Sequence record: PQ309151.1
Length of the DNA: 64,000 bases
Strand: one strand, 5' to 3'
A program made the position numbers and the translations under genes. Under the pieces are notes generated by a model. That model saw only the letters and a list, made by a program, of their open reading frames with translations, was not told the DNA's origin and did no database searches. Below, one piece after another: positions 9,741 to 19,129 of this stretch (position 1 is the first letter of the stretch; each line of letters begins with the position of its first letter).

Positions 9741-9774
9741 AAAAAGGAGAGCGGAATCAATCCGCTCTCACGTT

Positions 9775-11196
9775 TTACTTCCAATAAGGCTTGTACTTGT
9801 CAACCCGCATACGCAGCAAGTCCAGCGTCGAGAGGTAGGGAATCGGGTGATCGTCGTTGTTCAACGTCCACCAGCCACGGGTATTGCCCAGGATTTCGTC
9901 CCAGTCGTAACCCTTTTCCTTGATGCCATCGAAGAGTTCCTTGGGCGTGCAAAGCAAGCCCATGTTGCGCAGTTCCGGCATCAGACGGGTCATTTGCATG
10001 AGTTCCATCGTGATGGTCAGAGCACGACGCAGCATTGCGTCTTCTTCGATCTTCCGGCGCACCTTGGTACGCGAAAGCTTGGCATCCGGGCGCAACGACA
10101 TGAAGTAATTCTGATCGTTGCCTTCCAGTCCGAAAGAGTCCGGATGGTCCCACAGATTATAGAACTCGGTCATCGACGGCAGAACGCCTTGTTTCTGCGA
10201 AACGACCAGACGAATCGGAATACCCGAGGGACCCGACTTGCCGCGCAGTTCCGTTGCGTGGATAACGTTCAGGTCGGTATCGCCCTGCGCATCATCATGT
10301 TCGTCGCGCGGGAACTTCGGCAGCTTCGATTTCTGATCGAGCAGCTTTTCACGCGTGTAGAACTGCAGGATCGAGTTCATGTTGGTCGTGAACTTGTCAG
10401 TCACGCCCTTCATCTTCACGTTGCCTTGGATGTCCGTCAGCTTCTTCTTTTCCGGATTGTACTGATCCAGATTGAAGATGCTACCCATCTGAGCCGACAT
10501 GCCGAAGTAGTGCGATGCCTTGTGCAGAAGCGGAGGGAATTCCGAGAGCAGACGAAGCTTTTGGATACCCTGCTTCATGAACATGACTTCAGCGCCCTTG
10601 CCGCCGAGCTCGACGTCATCGTTCATCTTCGAGACGTCTTTGGTAACGAAGTCAGTCCACGAGTCGAGAATACCGAACGTCGGGATGATCATTTCCATCA
10701 GTTCGTGCGTACCGAGCTTCATGAACGGCAGGAATGCACGACCTTCCTTCTTCTTGCCGATTTCCATTTTCTGCTCGAACCATTCCTTGGTTTCCTCGTA
10801 CCACTGATCGCCGCTGTAATGCTTGCGATTGGTCACGACGAAACGCTCGGTCAGAAGCGGATCGATACCATCGTATTCGGGCAGGTGACTAGCCAGATCG
10901 GTCACTCGCGAACCCTGCGTGTTCATTTCCGTTTCGTACATCGAACCGGTCGAGTCACCATGAATGCGATACATTGCCGTCAGGTTCTTGTACAGCATCG
11001 TAGCTGTCTTGAACAGGTTGCCCATGCCCACATAGCCGCTCAGCTGAGCCAGACCACCATTGAGAAGTGCTTCTTCATGCTGGCCGTAATACCAACGGCC
11101 AGTAATGATGTCGAGACCAGCGCCGACGTTGATCATCGGGGCCAGATGCTCTGCTTTTGTGTAAGGTTGTTTAAACAGCATGTGAATGCTCTCCAA
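9775..11196 (-). CDS. uvsX: UvsX/RecA-like recombinase
   Basis: INVGAGLDIITG, Walker A GMGNLFKT and Walker-B-like ILDSW. Located next to the vRNAP beta fragment as in phiKZ (gp152). Confidence 0.8.
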   Translation of the reverse strand: MESIHMLFKQPYTKAEHLAPMINVGAGLDIITGRWYYGQHEEALLNGGLAQLSGYVGMGNLFKTATMLYKNLTAMYRIHGDSTGSMYETEMNTQGSRVTDLASHLPEYDGIDPLLTERFVVTNRKHYSGDQWYEETKEWFEQKMEIGKKKEGRAFLPFMKLGTHELMEMIIPTFGILDSWTDFVTKDVSKMNDDVELGGKGAEVMFMKQGIQKLRLLSEFPPLLHKASHYFGMSAQMGSIFNLDQYNPEKKKLTDIQGNVKMKGVTDKFTTNMNSILQFYTREKLLDQKSKLPKFPRDEHDDAQGDTDLNVIHATELRGKSGPSGIPIRLVVSQKQGVLPSMTEFYNLWDHPDSFGLEGNDQNYFMSLRPDAKLSRTKVRRKIEEDAMLRRALTITMELMQMTRLMPELRNMGLLCTPKELFDGIKEKGYDWDEILGNTRGWWTLNNDDHPIPYLSTLDLLRMRVDKYKPYWK

Positions 11197-11290
11197 TCAT
11201 TTGAAATGAAGAATGCGTAAGTCAAATTATGGGTCGAACCATTAAAAATTATGATTTGACTCTTTAGTTTTTATCCTTAGCGAGATAAGC

Positions 11291-12172
11291 ATGGACCAAA
11301 TTTTCCAGTCGAACATCTACTCGGATCGGGATCCGGATCAGAACATGATCCAGATGAACTCGCTGTTCCTCAACCTGATTTCGACCTCCGCTCAAGCAGA
11401 CTGCCAGTCGATGCCGCTCAAGCAGTATTTCGGCGACTTCTACACGAAGGCACGTTTCTCGGTGGAGAACACGTTCGACAAGTTCCTCTCCTCGGCTCCG
11501 ATCGAGTTGCGTCCCGCGAAGACCTTCGAACGCTTCGTGGACACCCGTCCGTACGCGGACATCATGCAATACCGCGCTGAGATCCCTGAAGGTCTCATCG
11601 TGCCGTATCTCGACTATCTGAAGGTTCTCATTCCTGCTCAGGAGTCGGCCAACAGTGTCGTGAAGGACGTGATCGATCCGTTCACGACTTTCGTCTCGAA
11701 GATGATCTCGGACGAAATCTTCCGCAATCAGGCTGGGCATCAGATCAAGGAGTTCGCTAAACTTGAACCGGAATACGTGAAGGTCAACAAGGAATTCGCC
11801 AAGTGCTTCGGCAAGAACGATTTCCGTGCCTCCGCAGCATTCGGTGAAGTCGTCAAGCGCAATGGCGATTGGCGTGCGGTCTTCTCGGAAACGGCAGAAC
11901 TGAAGAAGCTGTATCAGGCGTTTCCGGCTCAGGAACTCACCAAGAAGCTCAACCGTCTCTACGAGATGCTCGATGAGCTCGTCGAACAGATCAAGCTCGA
12001 TCACTACGAGCAAGTGGAAAAGGAAGTCACGCACCTGCTGGGTAACGGCATGTACTTCGTGGCCAAGATGGTGGAACTGGCAGCATTGACCACCTTCCGC
12101 TCGCGTACGTTCATCGAGACGATCAACACGACGATCAAGAACATCGAAGAGTTGCCCAACGTTCGCGGTTAA
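11291..12172 (+). CDS. Putative virion (head) protein
   Basis: 293-aa ORF with highly biased codon usage, in its own unit bounded by AT-rich DNA and a palindrome. Function inferred. Confidence 0.45.
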   Translation: MDQIFQSNIYSDRDPDQNMIQMNSLFLNLISTSAQADCQSMPLKQYFGDFYTKARFSVENTFDKFLSSAPIELRPAKTFERFVDTRPYADIMQYRAEIPEGLIVPYLDYLKVLIPAQESANSVVKDVIDPFTTFVSKMISDEIFRNQAGHQIKEFAKLEPEYVKVNKEFAKCFGKNDFRASAAFGEVVKRNGDWRAVFSETAELKKLYQAFPAQELTKKLNRLYEMLDELVEQIKLDHYEQVEKEVTHLLGNGMYFVAKMVELAALTTFRSRTFIETINTTIKNIEELPNVRG

Positions 12173-12197
12173 GAAGCAAAAAAAAATAACACTTTAT

Positions 12198-12229
12198 CTA
12201 CTCCTGGGAGCCTAGGCTCCCAGGAGTAG
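12198..12229. terminator. Perfect 32-bp palindrome between convergent genes
   Basis: CTACTCCTGGGAGCCT|AGGCTCCCAGGAGTAG, with an A-tract on the left and TTTG on the right. Confidence 0.75.
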
Positions 12230-12240
12230 TTTGTCTCTAT

Positions 12241-12699
12241 TTATTCTGCGGCGAGTTCCAGCGGCCGGTTGTTCGAGAAATCGGCTAATAGCCGTTCCCG
12301 ACGAATCTGCGCCTTTGCTGTCCTTACCTTAGAGAGATACCTGCGGTCGCCAGGATTGTACATGGCGATTGCGCGGTCCATGGTCTTGTAACGGTCAAGG
12401 TTACGAGAGAGAAGAGTTGCACCGAAACCCACGTTCGTGCATGACTTAAACAGATCTTTCGCGAATACTTTCTTTTTCCTTAGTTCTTTGAGATGGATGG
12501 AATTGATTTGCATGAGACCGTAACTGGATGAACCATTACGATCGTGGTGGATGGCTTTCGGATTGCCACCGGATTCGACCTTGATGATGGCACGTACGTC
12601 CATCTCATTGAGGCCGTTCTGTTTTGCGATGTCAGAGACACAGTCTGCAAACGCAAAATTGCAGATCGAGAAGAGTAGCGCGATTAGAAATAAACGCAT
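12241..12699 (-). CDS. Secreted SLT-family lytic transglycosylase (IagB/PilT/VirB1-like)
   Basis: Signal peptide MRLFLIALLFSICNFAFA, catalytic AIIKVES, YGLMQINS, and AIAMYN. Confidence 0.85.
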   Translation of the reverse strand: MRLFLIALLFSICNFAFADCVSDIAKQNGLNEMDVRAIIKVESGGNPKAIHHDRNGSSSYGLMQINSIHLKELRKKKVFAKDLFKSCTNVGFGATLLSRNLDRYKTMDRAIAMYNPGDRRYLSKVRTAKAQIRRERLLADFSNNRPLELAAE

Positions 12700-12751
12700 T
12701 ATTGTCCTTTTGTTAACTACTTCGGTTGTAAAAAACTGCGTGCCACAAACA

Positions 12752-12780
12752 CACTCTACGCCCTTGCGAGGCGTAGAGTG
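12752..12780. terminator. Intergenic hairpin
   Basis: Stem CACTCTACGCC / GGCGTAGAGTG with a CTTGCGA loop. Confidence 0.65.
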
Positions 12781-12798
12781 GTTTATGTAGTTCTTCGA

Positions 12799-13236
12799 TC
12801 ACTGAACAAACAATTGATCACGAGCTTCGAGGAGCTGACGAACTTCGATGACCACACGGAAGATCTCATCGTAGACCAACCAGCACGGCATCATGACAAC
12901 GATTTGTCGCGCAACACGCGTCAGGTCATGATCCGATTTTTGATGAAGGAAGACTGGACAGACGAGATCCTCAACGGGTCGTTTTCCCCAGATCTTGTCT
13001 GTGCAGGCGATCGGAAGCTCCATTGCGTGAGGATCGACTTTGGTCAAACCAAAGGCTTCCTGAATTCGCAATAGTGTTTCTCGATCGAGTTCACTCTTCC
13101 CTGCCAATTTTCCGGACAGGGATGAAATGAACATGAGTCGTTTCATGCGCGAGGGTAAGAGGTGGAACAAAACCCGCAAAGTGCGGGTCTGGAATCTCTT
13201 ATTCGACAGTTTCATTGCTGAGTATCCTGCGAACAA
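12799..13236 (-). CDS. Hypothetical protein
   Basis: ORF downstream of RNase H in the same unit. The true start may be a few codons in (MKLSNK). Confidence 0.6.
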   Translation of the reverse strand: MFAGYSAMKLSNKRFQTRTLRVLFHLLPSRMKRLMFISSLSGKLAGKSELDRETLLRIQEAFGLTKVDPHAMELPIACTDKIWGKRPVEDLVCPVFLHQKSDHDLTRVARQIVVMMPCWLVYDEIFRVVIEVRQLLEARDQLFVQ

Positions 13237-13252
13237 TAAAGTTGATCATCCC

Positions 13253-14839
13253 CTATGCGGCCTTCTTCAACTTCGACTGCTTCGCCTTGTTCAGGCGTAC
13301 ATTCGAGTAGTAGCCACAATAGGCACCGGCGTCATCACCTGCTTCGATGACGGTGAAATAACGGAACACACCAGGAGACTCTTCCCAAGTAAGAAGCGTA
13401 ACCTTTGGATTAGTCTCTTCGATCCTCTTGAGACCATTGCGATCGGCCATATCGATGCCGAAGGAGAGGATCGTGGGAAGCGTGATTTCCACGCCATTGG
13501 AGTCCCGGTAAAGGGCGTCTACCTCGATCGAAGCCACCCCCGGCTTGATCGACGCCTTTAGTTTCGTTACAGGAATATCCTTGTTCTTCTTCTTCGTAAT
13601 CGACGTCTCATATAAATGAGGCGTCAGATCCGTAACCGCATAACGTTTGGACGTTTCGTCTTGGTTCAACCATTCATCCAGACGGCTGGCCAGAGTGTTC
13701 ACGGCCATCACGGCTTCCAAGGATTTCTTCGGTGGATCGACCACTTCCGTGACGACCTGTTTGTCTACAGAAGAAAGATTGTTGTTGTAGGAGTTCGGCT
13801 GGTACAGGGACCAGGCTCCATATTCCGTAAACATCTTGAACACGTTCGCCTTGTAGAACGCGCTCAGGTGACCGACGACCATCTCGTTCTTATTCCCACC
13901 CAACTTGCAGTGGTGGGCAATCAGGGCCTCCAACGGTTCGATCGGTTCTTTGGTTTGAATGACAGAATAGGAAGTATCGCTCAGTCTCTTGCCAAACAGG
14001 CCAAGATCCTTATCGATAGCACCCATGAAATAGCGTCCTGCCGTTGTCCCCGTCGACTCTCCATTGAAGAAGAGTTTCTGATGGCAGATGAGCGGATGTT
14101 TGTCCACTTCCGCTTTCCAGTAGCCCTGTGCTTCGGACTTGTGGTAAGCGTCTTCCGTCAAACCAGCCAGGGTCATGTTCTTGCCCAGGTTAGCATTGAC
14201 GTCTGCCAGTTGGTTGCCCAAGAAGATCGAGTGGCCGGGGATCCAGTCACACTTGATATCGAAGTCCTTCATTTCGTTCTTGAGCTTCCAGAGATGCTGC
14301 CAGAGACCTTTGTTCTTGATCTCATTGCCATCCCGACGACGCCAGTTGTTCTTCGCCCAGAGGGGAAGGACTTTGGTGTAGCCGTCGAGAGTGTATTCGC
14401 TATCCAGCCACAGGCGGATTGTGCGAATGTTTTCACGCTGACAGAATTCGAGCGCACGGATGAGTGCGGTGATTTCTGCGATGTTATTGGAAGACTTGCC
14501 CTTTTCGGGATCGACAGGCGAAGGACCGAATCCGTCGATGTAGAAAACCGGCGTGACTTCAATCGACTCCATGTGACGATCGAGGATGGACATCGTGCCT
14601 TCTTTCAGCTTCGACTCATCCAGATGTTCGTAGGGGTCTTCGTTCTTGCGGAAAGCGTCGAGCATGGCTTTGTCGACGTAACCTTCGTTGGTCAGATAGA
14701 AGTCGGCGTTGCCGCTTCCCTTCTTGGGTGCTTCGTTCGAATAGGCGTAGCCATGGATACCCCAGCCACCTTCACCGGGGTTGGGCACGCACGATCCGTC
14801 CGTATGCAGAATGATTGCATCGATTTTGAGGTCGCTCAT
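13253..14839 (-). CDS. rnhA: Ribonuclease H (RNase HI) with a long C-terminal extension (phiKZ gp155-like)
   Basis: Motifs HTDGSCVPNPG.GGWG, NNIAEITA, LDSEY, IKNKGLW and GHS...GNQLAD. Confidence 0.9.
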   Translation of the reverse strand: MSDLKIDAIILHTDGSCVPNPGEGGWGIHGYAYSNEAPKKGSGNADFYLTNEGYVDKAMLDAFRKNEDPYEHLDESKLKEGTMSILDRHMESIEVTPVFYIDGFGPSPVDPEKGKSSNNIAEITALIRALEFCQRENIRTIRLWLDSEYTLDGYTKVLPLWAKNNWRRRDGNEIKNKGLWQHLWKLKNEMKDFDIKCDWIPGHSIFLGNQLADVNANLGKNMTLAGLTEDAYHKSEAQGYWKAEVDKHPLICHQKLFFNGESTGTTAGRYFMGAIDKDLGLFGKRLSDTSYSVIQTKEPIEPLEALIAHHCKLGGNKNEMVVGHLSAFYKANVFKMFTEYGAWSLYQPNSYNNNLSSVDKQVVTEVVDPPKKSLEAVMAVNTLASRLDEWLNQDETSKRYAVTDLTPHLYETSITKKKNKDIPVTKLKASIKPGVASIEVDALYRDSNGVEITLPTILSFGIDMADRNGLKRIEETNPKVTLLTWEESPGVFRYFTVIEAGDDAGAYCGYYSNVRLNKAKQSKLKKAA

Positions 14840-14890
14840 GTTTCTCTCTTAGTTGGCATTAGACACTGTATCAATGTCCAGCCTAAGTTT

Positions 14891-15226
14891 TTATCGACAC
14901 TGCTCAACACGCTGTCGTGTCTTGGTGATCACGTTCAGCAGAATGTCGATATAGTCGTTTTGCTTTTTCATGTAATCCTGGAGAAAAGAATCCAGGACTC
15001 CGTTTTTGATGTCGTCGTCCGTGAGGCTTTGAAACTTCTTCCGATCGAAGACTGGTCGACGTGGAAAGCGAGGCATGTTCTCCTGCTCACACAAGTCGAT
15101 TAACATTCTATTCTGTTTGGTAATATATTCCTGATTTTTGTCTATCTGTGGAGGATCAGGTTGTTTCGGTTCACTCGTGCATGCAGCCAGGAACACGAAG
15201 AGAACCCCCGTCAAAATTTTCCTCAT
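14891..15226 (-). CDS. Lipoprotein (o-spanin-like)
   Basis: Signal peptide II with lipobox LAAC followed by a Pro-rich TSEPKQPDPP and a C-terminal Cys. Confidence 0.55.
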   Translation of the reverse strand: MRKILTGVLFVFLAACTSEPKQPDPPQIDKNQEYITKQNRMLIDLCEQENMPRFPRRPVFDRKKFQSLTDDDIKNGVLDSFLQDYMKKQNDYIDILLNVITKTRQRVEQCR

Positions 15227-15286
15227 CTCTTCAATCCGGCAAAAGGACCCCGGGAACGGAGCTCTGGTTAAAGAGCCCCGTATTCC

Positions 15287-15784
15287 CTAGTCGTCGTACT
15301 TATCAAAGAAATCCGAATAGGACTTCTTCCTTCTAGCGGCTACAGCTTCGGAAGCAGCCTGGTCTTGGCTTTGTGCTTCCTCAACGCGCGCTTTACGGTG
15401 TTGCTCAGCCTTCGTTTTAAAAGCCGTCACTACAGTGTGCTCGGGTGGTTCTGGAAGTCGTCCAGGGATTTCCGCGGGATTTACACATGTGACGGGATTC
15501 AAAGTTGGTCGCGCTGCCAACTTGTCTTCTAACTCTTTGATGCGCAATTCCATCCGGTGAACGTTTGCTGCTTCAACGGACTTCTCTAGCTTGATGTGTT
15601 CCTGCGACAACTGATAAAATTTGGGAATGATCAGGAAGAGCGCGAAGATCAATCCCGAAACAAAGAAAAGCAGGAACACTTTCTTTCTTTGAGTCCTCAT
15701 CCCCTCTTTCAGGGTGACCCCACCTAGAACCAATTCTTTTAAGAATGGCCAGATGAGCCTGAAGATGTAAAATGCTGATGACAT
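15287..15784 (-). CDS. Inner-membrane protein with a periplasmic coiled coil (i-spanin- or holin-like)
   Basis: TM segment VFLLFFVSGLIFALFLIIP followed by a heptad-like helix. Lies immediately upstream of the lipoprotein gene. Confidence 0.45.
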   Translation of the reverse strand: MSSAFYIFRLIWPFLKELVLGGVTLKEGMRTQRKKVFLLFFVSGLIFALFLIIPKFYQLSQEHIKLEKSVEAANVHRMELRIKELEDKLAARPTLNPVTCVNPAEIPGRLPEPPEHTVVTAFKTKAEQHRKARVEEAQSQDQAASEAVAARRKKSYSDFFDKYDD

Positions 15785-15893
15785 GCCGAGGACCTCTTAT
15801 CCATTTTATGACGGTTCCGTGTTCCTCATGTATTTTACCACTTTTGGTGGGAAAATTCTAACAATTTTTTTGAACTGCTGTATAAGGTGAGCC

Positions 15894-17195
15894 ATGAATA
15901 CCATCAAAGGCTTTGCTCTCAATCGCAACTTCGTCAACAACGCTCCAGGCGTCGTTGCTGATATCGGCGAGCTTGCACCGCTGGGTTATACCTTCGCCAA
16001 GGAAACCAGGGTCTATTCCTCGCAGACATATCCCACATTATCACTGGTCCACATGCCGACTAACGGCAGTGGTGTGGGTACGACTGCCGCAATTCCCGAT
16101 GACCAGGTGGCGCATATCCTGGCCGTCATCAACAACATTTACACGAAGTCGCTCAGCAATACGAATCCGATTGCTCCGGGTGAATTCGTAGCCTACCTCC
16201 AGAACCAGATGGGCGCAGCAGTTGCGAACATCACGGTCGGAGCTCAGGTGATTTCGGGTAACCGCTCCATCGTTGAATGGATCCAGTGGAACAACCCGGC
16301 AGTCGACAATACCAACGTCAACAAGGTCTGGTTCGTCTCCTCGTCTTTCCTGGGCCAGTTTGACGAATACGACTTTACGGTCATTCCGCCGTTCACACCG
16401 GTCAGCCAGTTCTTCGGTCAGCCCGCAGATGTGAAGGCACTGCTCGCTTCGCGCAACTACAACCAGCAAACGCAGGCTGTGGAAGATGCGCGTGCGAATA
16501 CGTCGGAAACGTTCGTCTGGGGTAATGAGTATAACTACATCAACCCGGTCAACGCCAACGACAAGACGCCTGCGAAGTTTGCCGTGCTCGGCTATGGCGA
16601 AGCTGCGAACAACATCGACCTGATCAAACAGGCGATCGTCGACTACCTGCTCGCCAACTCCACGCAAACGCGAGATCAGTGGAAGGCAATTCTGCCTGAC
16701 CTTTTTTTGCGAACGGAGGTGATGGTGTTCCCCCAGTGGGGATCGATGGCAATTGAAAACGTGGTAGGTGGTAACAACGGCATCTACTCACCGGTTCAGC
16801 TGCTGTCGAACGTTCTCACGCAGGTTCAGACGGACGCCACGGGTTACGATCCGACGTACGTGTCGCAGAACGCGCAGATCTTCACGTTCCCCTACATGTC
16901 GATTGCTTTGGCATCGGTCGGTAACGCAGAAAACCGTGACGGCAAGACGAAGCTCTCGGACTGGTTCCCGGATTACTTCTTCACGCCCAACACATCGGCC
17001 GACTTCAACCGCATGTCTCTCGACACGCAGGGTTGGTTCCAGATGATGATGGCGATGCTGCCGATTGCCCGCGACATGACTTCGGGCTCCACGGTTCCCA
17101 ATGGTTATACACGAGTGATTCGTGGCACGAAGATGTATCTCGCCAAGAGCTACGATGACGTGCAGTTCCTCGTGCAAGCACAGGCGGCTCCGTAA
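15894..17195 (+). CDS. Putative virion structural protein
   Basis: 433-aa ORF with structural-gene codon usage and a TAATG coupling to the next gene. Confidence 0.55.
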   Translation: MNTIKGFALNRNFVNNAPGVVADIGELAPLGYTFAKETRVYSSQTYPTLSLVHMPTNGSGVGTTAAIPDDQVAHILAVINNIYTKSLSNTNPIAPGEFVAYLQNQMGAAVANITVGAQVISGNRSIVEWIQWNNPAVDNTNVNKVWFVSSSFLGQFDEYDFTVIPPFTPVSQFFGQPADVKALLASRNYNQQTQAVEDARANTSETFVWGNEYNYINPVNANDKTPAKFAVLGYGEAANNIDLIKQAIVDYLLANSTQTRDQWKAILPDLFLRTEVMVFPQWGSMAIENVVGGNNGIYSPVQLLSNVLTQVQTDATGYDPTYVSQNAQIFTFPYMSIALASVGNAENRDGKTKLSDWFPDYFFTPNTSADFNRMSLDTQGWFQMMMAMLPIARDMTSGSTVPNGYTRVIRGTKMYLAKSYDDVQFLVQAQAAP

Positions 17196-17830
17196 TGGCA
17201 GCAGAACTCCTTCCTGGCATTGGAGTCTCGGGGGATTGGACCCTCAAGGCTCCATTCGATTCCAAGATCACCGCTGGTCTCGCTTATAGTTGTCGAGCGA
17301 TCAACAAGATCAGCGTAATGGTGGCCACTGGTATCGATGTCCTCAATACCCTCTATATTCCAAACGGACTGACTCAGGCGAACTATGACGCAGATGTTGC
17401 AGCTGACCTCTCGATGGTTACGCTGCAGTCTACGTCTGGTCAGGTCATCATCCTGCCGTCGACGTATCTGTCAGGCTGGCCTAGCGCTGATTCCGTGCCT
17501 TACGTCGTGATGGGTATGGTGATTAACCTCGGTCCGATTCCGAACACGATCGATCCGACTTTCCTCACGGATAAAGTCGAGCCGGTTATCAAAAACGCTT
17601 TGGGGCTGGAACCCGAGATCCACTACGTCACATTGTCGGAAACGACCAACAAGACGTGGGACGATCACGTGGCTCAGGAGAACACGCGCACTGCCGCAAT
17701 CACGGATGAAAATTCTGATTACGTCAAGCGCCTGAACGCTGAAGCTGCACTGACTGCCGCACAGGCTCAGATTGCAGCGCTCCAGCAAGTCATCATCGAT
17801 GCAGGACTCACCATCCCGTCTAGCCCATAA
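17195..17830 (+). CDS. Putative virion structural protein
   Basis: 211-aa ORF translationally coupled to the previous gene, with a C-terminal coiled coil. Confidence 0.55.
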   Translation: MAAELLPGIGVSGDWTLKAPFDSKITAGLAYSCRAINKISVMVATGIDVLNTLYIPNGLTQANYDADVAADLSMVTLQSTSGQVIILPSTYLSGWPSADSVPYVVMGMVINLGPIPNTIDPTFLTDKVEPVIKNALGLEPEIHYVTLSETTNKTWDDHVAQENTRTAAITDENSDYVKRLNAEAALTAAQAQIAALQQVIIDAGLTIPSSP

Positions 17831-17839
17831 CTAAAGAGA

Positions 17840-17869
17840 CACTATCAGAGGCGAAAGCCTCTGATAGTG
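17840..17869 (+). terminator. Intergenic hairpin
   Basis: 13-bp stem CACTATCAGAGGC / GCCTCTGATAGTG with a GAAA loop. Confidence 0.7.
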
Positions 17870-17897
17870 ATCTTGTGACTTTAATTCGAGGCACGAT

Positions 17898-18557
17898 ATG
17901 CTAGAGGCTAATCTTTTAAAAAAGAAAGCTGCCGTAGCCAGTAAGACTGTACTACTCATGTCCCTTAACGGAAGCCTGGTAGAGCAAACGGGAATTACTG
18001 GAATCAGTTCTGCTGGTGTTAGCTGGAAAACCAATCAGAAATTTGGAAATCAGGCAGCTTCTTTCTCATCGACAGGTAACATCCTCATTCCAACTCCAAC
18101 GAAGCTTCAGTTCGCTGGAGATTTCACGATTGAGATGTGGATGAGCATGTCCCAGCTGACCGGAGAACAGATGTTGTTCACGGCAGGGGCCGGTTGTTAT
18201 ATAGACTGCTATACTGGCGCCAGCTATAACGGCGGTAAACCATCGTTTCTCTGTTCGGTACGACCAACGAACGATCATACCGGATTGCTTATTTGCAATA
18301 ATGCCTTTACCGTAAATACGCTTCACCATCTGGCATTATGTCGGTATAACGGGACGTTGAGTCTTTATGCCGACGGCGCTTCGCTTGGATCCATCGCTAA
18401 CAGTCAGGTCTGGGGGAATGCGAACACATTGATCGGGAACTACGTCAGTTCGGTAATCTATGGTTTTGGTGGTGGAGTTCAGGAAGTTCGCATGTCCAAC
18501 ATCGCACGATATACCACTTCCTTTACACCACCTACTGGACCATTTGTTCTGGATTAA
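17898..18557 (+). CDS. LamG/concanavalin A-like lectin-domain protein (tail-associated)
   Basis: Motifs FAGDFTIEMW, LHHLALCRYNGTLSLYADG and VQEVRMSNIARYTTSFTPPTGPF. N-terminal MLEANLLKKK motif. Confidence 0.8.
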   Translation: MLEANLLKKKAAVASKTVLLMSLNGSLVEQTGITGISSAGVSWKTNQKFGNQAASFSSTGNILIPTPTKLQFAGDFTIEMWMSMSQLTGEQMLFTAGAGCYIDCYTGASYNGGKPSFLCSVRPTNDHTGLLICNNAFTVNTLHHLALCRYNGTLSLYADGASLGSIANSQVWGNANTLIGNYVSSVIYGFGGGVQEVRMSNIARYTTSFTPPTGPFVLD

Positions 18558-18560
18558 ATT

Positions 18561-19088
18561 ATGTCTCCTTATGCAAAAGTAGCTGGGGTCTGGAAACACG
18601 TCTCCCAGATATTCATCAAGCAAAGCGGTGTCTGGAAAACAGTCACGCAAGGCTATATCAAAAGTGGAGGAGTCTGGAAACTCTTCTACGTCCTTGGCCT
18701 TAGGCTCACGGCGACCAATTGGTTACTGAGTAGCCACAACTCCAGTTACGACTACGTCGAATGTTATCTGAGTGGGCTGAATATCGCGGATCATGGCGGT
18801 GTTCTCTACGACCTGTATATGTCACAGGACTATGACAGCAGCGACGAGAATCTGGTGGTGTCGTGGTCTTACCGGCTGATGTACGATAGCGGTCAACCCG
18901 CACCGAGTCTTACAGGTAATGTTAAGGTAACCAACCTAAGTACTGGGGTAGCTGTTACGTTACCGAATAGCGGCGATCCGAGAACGTTCTTTCTCCAGAT
19001 CACCAACGGAGCGGGTGGTTATCCCAACAATCCGAACGATGGTTGGATTCGTAGTGGCTCGGATTTATTCAAAATCGAACAAGCATAA
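18561..19088 (+). CDS. Tail-fibre-associated protein with N-terminal YxKxxGVWK repeats
   Basis: Three repeats: YAKVAGVWK, FIKQSGVWK and YIKSGGVWK. Confidence 0.6.
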   Translation: MSPYAKVAGVWKHVSQIFIKQSGVWKTVTQGYIKSGGVWKLFYVLGLRLTATNWLLSSHNSSYDYVECYLSGLNIADHGGVLYDLYMSQDYDSSDENLVVSWSYRLMYDSGQPAPSLTGNVKVTNLSTGVAVTLPNSGDPRTFFLQITNGAGGYPNNPNDGWIRSGSDLFKIEQA

Positions 19089-19095
19089 AGACATA

Positions 19096-19123
19096 GACTA
19101 CAGAGCCTTGCGGCTCTGTAGTC
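19096..19123. terminator. Bidirectional hairpin between convergent genes
   Basis: 12-bp stem GACTACAGAGCC / GGCTCTGTAGTC with a TTGC loop, flanked by CATA and TATG. Confidence 0.75.
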
Positions 19124-19129
19124 GTATGT

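Noticed and set aside
12175-12186. Poly-A tracts here and at 56381-56393 as slippage or frameshift sites
   Set aside because: Both are intergenic and adjacent to hairpins, consistent with U-tracts of minus-strand terminators.
15120-15127. Third TATATTAC match on the minus strand
   Set aside because: Lies inside the lipoprotein CDS about 280 nt from the next start. Compatible with chance.
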